The translations under genes were made by a program, and so were the position numbers. A stretch of DNA of 64,000 nucleotides, taken from assembly GCF_009914755.1 (NCBI RefSeq), contig NC_060936.1; one strand, given 5' to 3'. The notes beneath the pieces were generated by a model. That model was given only the letters and a program-made list of their open reading frames with translations. It had not been told where the DNA came from and ran no database searches. The DNA comes from the human T2T-CHM13v2.0 reference genome, Homo sapiens. Positions 58,533 to 64,000 of this stretch are shown piece by piece; the stretch's first letter is position 1, and each line of letters starts with the position of its first letter.

Positions 58533-61174
58533 CGGGGCCGGGTCCAGGACCTGCGCGAGGGGTGCAGGGGCTTCCAAGTCCCCAGGCTGGCTTTTTCTAA
58601 GCGCCCATCCACTGTGCGCGGGACTTGGTGCCTGAAGAGTGAAAAACCCTATCCAAACTCTCTTCACCTCCCCTGTTCTACGCTCACAGTTCCAAAAGCT
58701 TCTCCTCAGAACATCTACTATGGGCATTTTACAAAATGTTGTAAGATTGTTTGATTACTATATATCTCCTCCACTAGGCTGTGGGCTTCCTGAAGGCAGG
58801 GATCTGTGGCTTTGCACACGGCCGCAGGTCCACACTGACCCTTACCACACTTCCTGGCACAATAAGTGCTTAATACATTAAGCCTGCTTGAATGAATGAA
58901 GGAGCACTTGAGGGCTAGACCGCTACTACTGGACCCTTCTGATAATCCACTGCTGTCCCTCCTTCCATCTAGGTGGCCAAATGAAGAAAGTCACCGGATC
59001 TCACTGTACTTTGGCACCCCAGGCCTGCTTCCTGAAGCCTGCCCTCCCCAACTCTGTGTAGAACTCGATCACTCTTCCTCCCCACCCTTCTCCCAAATCA
59101 TCTTTTCAAATGCTTCTGCCCAAGAATTGTCATCAAACGAAAACCACCTACACTGCCTGCCCCACCCACCACCACCAAAGACATTAGAAGTCTTCGTCAT
59201 GTCGCCCTCCCTCCCTCAGTACAGAGGAAGCTCTTAGGCTCCAAGACCCTTCAGTTTCATCCTCTCTCCCATCCCATCCCAGTCACTGCCTGAAAATAGC
59301 TTGCAGCCAAGGACAAACTCCCAGGACAGGCGCATGGTAGGATTCAGTAATTCCTTGATGGATAAGTGGAAAGGAAGGGACACACTGAATGTTGCCAACA
59401 GATCTAAGCCAGTTTGGCCATTCAGCAATTGTCCATTCTCTTGATGAATTTGGGAGATTGTGTGTCCTCCTTTCCACAACCTCATTAACTGGTGGCAGAC
59501 TATACTGAAAGCAAGCACTATACCAAATGCTGCCAAACATGTAACATTTGTTAGCCAGGAGATACAAAAACAGCCATAGAACTGTTCTTATAGTTTGGGG
59601 ATGAGGCATCTCACTTTACCATCTAGTGAAAGGGTCACTTAGAGGTTGACACAATGTTTCAGTGGCAGGCCCAGCTCTCACAGTTGTGCAAGGTGACTGA
59701 GTCTCCCTAAAGTGGAATATCACACAGCCAGCAGGTCCAGACCTCCAGCATGACTCTGGAGACAGAGGGCTGCTGGGCTTGCAAGGGCCTGGGCCTATAC
59801 AGTCTTTCTAACCAACTGCCCCAGCCATCTCTGGAGGGTTGACCCCAATAAACTTCACATGAAAACAAATCATCCAAAAGACGCAGGTGAAAGTATATAC
59901 CACTTATACTGAAGTCTTTTTAAAGTAAATCACCATATAGTCACAATAACAAACATATACAAAGTTAAATGGAGAAGAAAGGGCCAGGAATTTAGTCAAG
60001 GTCTTGTGGACCAGATCTCTTTAGGCATCAACTGTTTTACAACAGGAAAGGGAGGGTCAGGATCCCTTCACACATTCTTCAAGTACAAACACAGGAATCT
60101 AACTTAACATTTGTCTTCATTTTTTTCTGGAGTCCCCAGTACTGCAATTTTTGTCAGTCCCACTAGAGAGCAATCTTTCTGCACTTAATGTTCCTACTTG
60201 CAAAGCAATTGTCTCATCTCAGCCTATAAGCCTAACTCCCACCAAGTCTGAGCAGAACCAACTCTTGTAGCTTTCATGACCCAGAGAAAGCCCCTAGACT
60301 CTGCAAAAGTGTCCCCAGTTTTAAGCCCTATAGATAGATAATTTTGAAAAGTCAAAGAGATGACTCACTGGAAAAAGGGTCTAGGCTCTGGGGTGGGGGC
60401 ATTCTTTGACCTCTGGCTATAAAGCTGACATAAGTAATACTAGGGTGAGTATTCCCTCCTTTCCCCGCCCCCCACTATACAGCTGTCATTCCAAAGTGGC
60501 CCCAAGTCAGGCTGTAGGAAGATAGAATTTTCACTAGAATGAAAGGACTGCAGGAAGTGGCCTCTGGCTCTGTGGCCCTGTCCTTACACTGCCTTGGGAA
60601 ATCTATGTGTTGATGTTTTATCAGTGCAATTCAGGGGCATAACAAAGGCCCCTGTACCACGCTAAGATAAGGAGCCTGAGGATTTCACTGGCTGTTCCAT
60701 TAGGGTACAGAACCCCCCTTAGGATGGCGGGTGATAGTTGACATCATAGATTAGTAAAAGACATCCATACCCATGCATACCACATGTAAGTGCCTTACAC
60801 ATTCTGGGGACTGTTAAGTCAGAGCTGCAGGAGCTGGTAACAGGCACTTTAGAGAGGAGTGGGAGATAAATGTTTTCCCTTTATAATAACTAAGGCAGCC
60901 AGTTAACGGTGAAGATATCTGCTCCTCTCTTTCTTGGCCTCGGTAGTAACTTCCCTGTCCACATCCCATCCTAGCTGGATCAAGTTCTGTTTGCTTGTCC
61001 ACAGCCCTGCTAAACTGTAAACTCTGTGTATGAGTCATCATTTCATCCCCAGGATCTGTCACAGAACCCAGGCTCAGCATTTGGAGACAAAAAAATTGTA
61101 TAGGGTCATAGATTTGTCCTCCTCTGTGGCTGGGTCTCCGGACAGCCTTGATCCCCACCTCCTTCTCTAATTAA

Positions 61175-61580
<406 letters not shown>

Positions 61581-61864
61581 TGTTTTTTCTTTATCTAAAA
61601 CTGGTCTGTAAAAATCTTTGTGTGTTAGAAACCATCTTCCAAATTCGTGTATTTATTTTAATCACTAAATAAATCTGATACTCATCGTGCAAAGCACTGT
61701 GTAAGGCACTGTTCAGGAAATAGATATATACAAAAAGATATGTAAAGTTATTTACATTTAAATATGAAGTGTGTGTATCATAAGTATGTGTGTATTTACC
61801 ATGTAGCTGGAGGAGTCAAGGAACAGAAAAACCCACCAACCAAACAAGTAAACACACACACCAC

Positions 61865-62157
61865 ATCATTCATATGCAAAAATCCTTTATTGTTGAGGAA
61901 TAGAGAGAGACATTATATTTTTAATGTAGGACACTACAGGAACTCTAGGGTATTCTACAGTCAATGCCCATTGGGGTTGGGGATATTCACTATGCAGTTT
62001 CCACACCAGGGTCAGGTAGAAAAGATGGAGAAGGAGTCAAAGCACAAGAATGTTACAAGAACAGGGAAGAGAAAGGGTAACAGGAGCGTGCGCACCTGGG
62101 GATTGGGACAGGGAAAGAGGTCTTCCTAATGCAGTCCAGGAGTCCGGAAGTGGAGTA
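61865..62157 (-). other. TAC3: TAC3 (neurokinin B) terminal non-coding exon / 3'UTR; coding exons lie beyond the window
   Basis: Acceptor CAG at 62160-62158 after a long T tract. Exon begins TACTCCACTTCCGGACTCC, which I recall as the TAC3 3'UTR. AATAAA at 61891-61886. Confidence 0.8.
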
Positions 62158-63494
62158 CTGAGGACAAAAAACAAAACAAAACAAAAAAAAACACTGAAAT
62201 CACATCTTATATCCTGTAAAAAAGTCCCACTGAAAACCTGCTGTGGCAGCAGGAGAGAAGGGGAGAGGCGTCTGTGAGAGAGGAAAGAACAAGTCTTGAC
62301 CCTCAGCCTGCCCTCCAGGCTTTGGGCCTGAGGATGGAACTCTCCTAGCCGCAGGTACTTGCACCTTCCCAGCTGCCATATTTACATTACTCTACACACC
62401 TGTGTGCATGGCCAGTGGGGCCCATGTGGACCAAAGATGTAGGAACCAAGTTCATGCCATCCTAGCACCACCATGAGCCAGACACACACACAGCCCTGCC
62501 CAAGGTGCCCTACTATGAATGCTCCCCCTGCCTTATCCAGTTCCTCCTCTTCCCAGAAACCTCCCAGAGGAAGCACAGGCCCAGGGATTACTTACAGTTT
62601 CACATGAATGAAATCAGATGACACAATGATCTGTGTTGATCCATCTCATCTAATCTTTAAATGCCAGCTCCCAGAAACCTTATGTCCTATTCTGCCTGAC
62701 ACCTAACAGGTTGGGAATGCTCCCTCAATGGTAAGATTATGAAAGCTGCAATTATGGGTCCCTCTGAAAGAGCCTGGATGCACAAACAAGCATTAAAAGT
62801 AGATTTCCACAATGCACTTGTTTTTGCCATTTGTATAAAATACTATAGCAAAATTGCACTGTAATTATCTTTATGGCCAGTGCATAACGCTGGAGCAGAG
62901 TATGTCATCCAGATATAGCTGCTCGTATAATTATCTGGCCGTTGGCAGGACTGAAATAACCATCTAATGAGAGCAAAATGATACAGTAACTACCATGTAA
63001 TCAGCAAGTTACAGTTATTATAGCTCTTTGTGCCCTCTCACCCAACACTAAATGGGGGGCCAGACTCAGTCTCTGGTCCCAGGAATTCATGCACAGGCAG
63101 CATCATCAAGCACCAGCTCCTTGGGTCTTGGGCGTGCCACCTTGAGACCAGTGAGTATGGGTAACAGGGACACAGAGAGAAAAGCAGGAGGCTCTCCATG
63201 ATTACGAGCCTTCCCAATCTCTCTCCCTCTCCTTTTCACTCCCTCCACCCCAATTCTTTGGAAGCTAGTGAAAAGAAAGCCATTGGTGGAGCTGCTCTTG
63301 CTGTGTGTGGGAAGACAGTGTCAAGGCGGAAGGTTCGTGTTTTGACTAGACACTTCCCTGGGGGACTCTTACACTCGCATACCAAGTGAGGAATTTGTCA
63401 GCCCACTCAGGCCTGGGGTCCAGACAGAGCCAGTCAGGGGAAACATTAGGACATCCCCCATACCTCCCAAACTGGGACAATTATCATAAAATTG

Positions 63495-63690
63495 GCACAC
63501 AGCACTGTGCACCCGGCACTGTTCTGAACACTTTACCTATACTCAATCCTCAAAACCACAACCCTGTGAGATACTATTATCACTTTCATTTTTCAGATGA
63601 GGAAACTGAAGCACAGGAGGATATGTACCTTGGCCAAAAAGATACAGATAGAGTGGCAGATCCAGGATTCACATTCAGGCCATTGTTCTT
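63495..63690 (-). mobile_element. MIR remnant
   Basis: cattttcagatgaggaaactgaagcacag core. Confidence 0.65.
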
Positions 63691-64000
63691 ATTCATTATG
63701 CTAAAGAGAGATTCAGATATGGTTTCCTGCTAATCCCCATTAGATTTCAGAGTTCCTTGCATTTCTTCCTGAATCATCCTTGTGTATGACTACCTTCTGG
63801 GCCCCGTAACCCAGGATTCTGAGTGATTTGAAAGGCTCAGCCTGCCTGGGAGGCAAATGCTTGCCTGTGAATTGGTTGTGGTATTTGTAATTATCAGATA
63901 ATAATTTCTCCATCTTTTTGCATAGATTACAAAAGAATGAAGTCCAAACAACAGAAATTGCCCATCGGGGAAGCCCCTCTCTCCTCATCTCCCAACACTC

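Larger units (their letters stand above)
57830..58625. promoter_or_regulatory. ZBTB39: CpG island / ZBTB39 promoter
   Basis: Very GC- and CpG-rich relative to its flanks. Confidence 0.9.

Noticed and set aside
57600-58754. 384-aa plus-strand ORF and other ORFs across the CpG island
   Set aside because: Low-complexity Arg/Pro/Gly products caused by stop-codon depletion in GC-rich DNA; non-ATG first codon.

Overview
Eukaryotic (human-like, 12q13.3 by gene content) genomic DNA. Left to right: the complete 4-exon RDH16 gene (minus strand, 317 aa when spliced); a ~20 kb nest of retroelements; an unprocessed, disabled tandem duplicate of RDH16 (minus); GPR182/ACKR5 (plus); ZBTB39 (minus) with its CpG-island promoter; and the terminal non-coding exon of TAC3 (minus). 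The nest contains an L1PA interrupted by an SVA that carries a 3' transduction and is itself interrupted by a young ACG-type L1Hs fragment. After that come a second L1 5'UTR, a HERV-W gag fragment, a truncated HERV-K LTR5, a third L1PA, and an old antisense L1 with nested L1/Alu insertions. I see no convincing wholly new gene system. The best leads are the three-level L1Hs-in-SVA-in-L1 insertion, the TSD-less retroelement junctions suggesting lost DNA, an L1 antisense promoter aimed at RDH16, mosaic RDH16/pseudogene identity (intron more similar than exon), and tandem uORFs (one spliced) in ZBTB39. Gene names and repeat subfamilies come from recognising sequence by eye, not from database searches.
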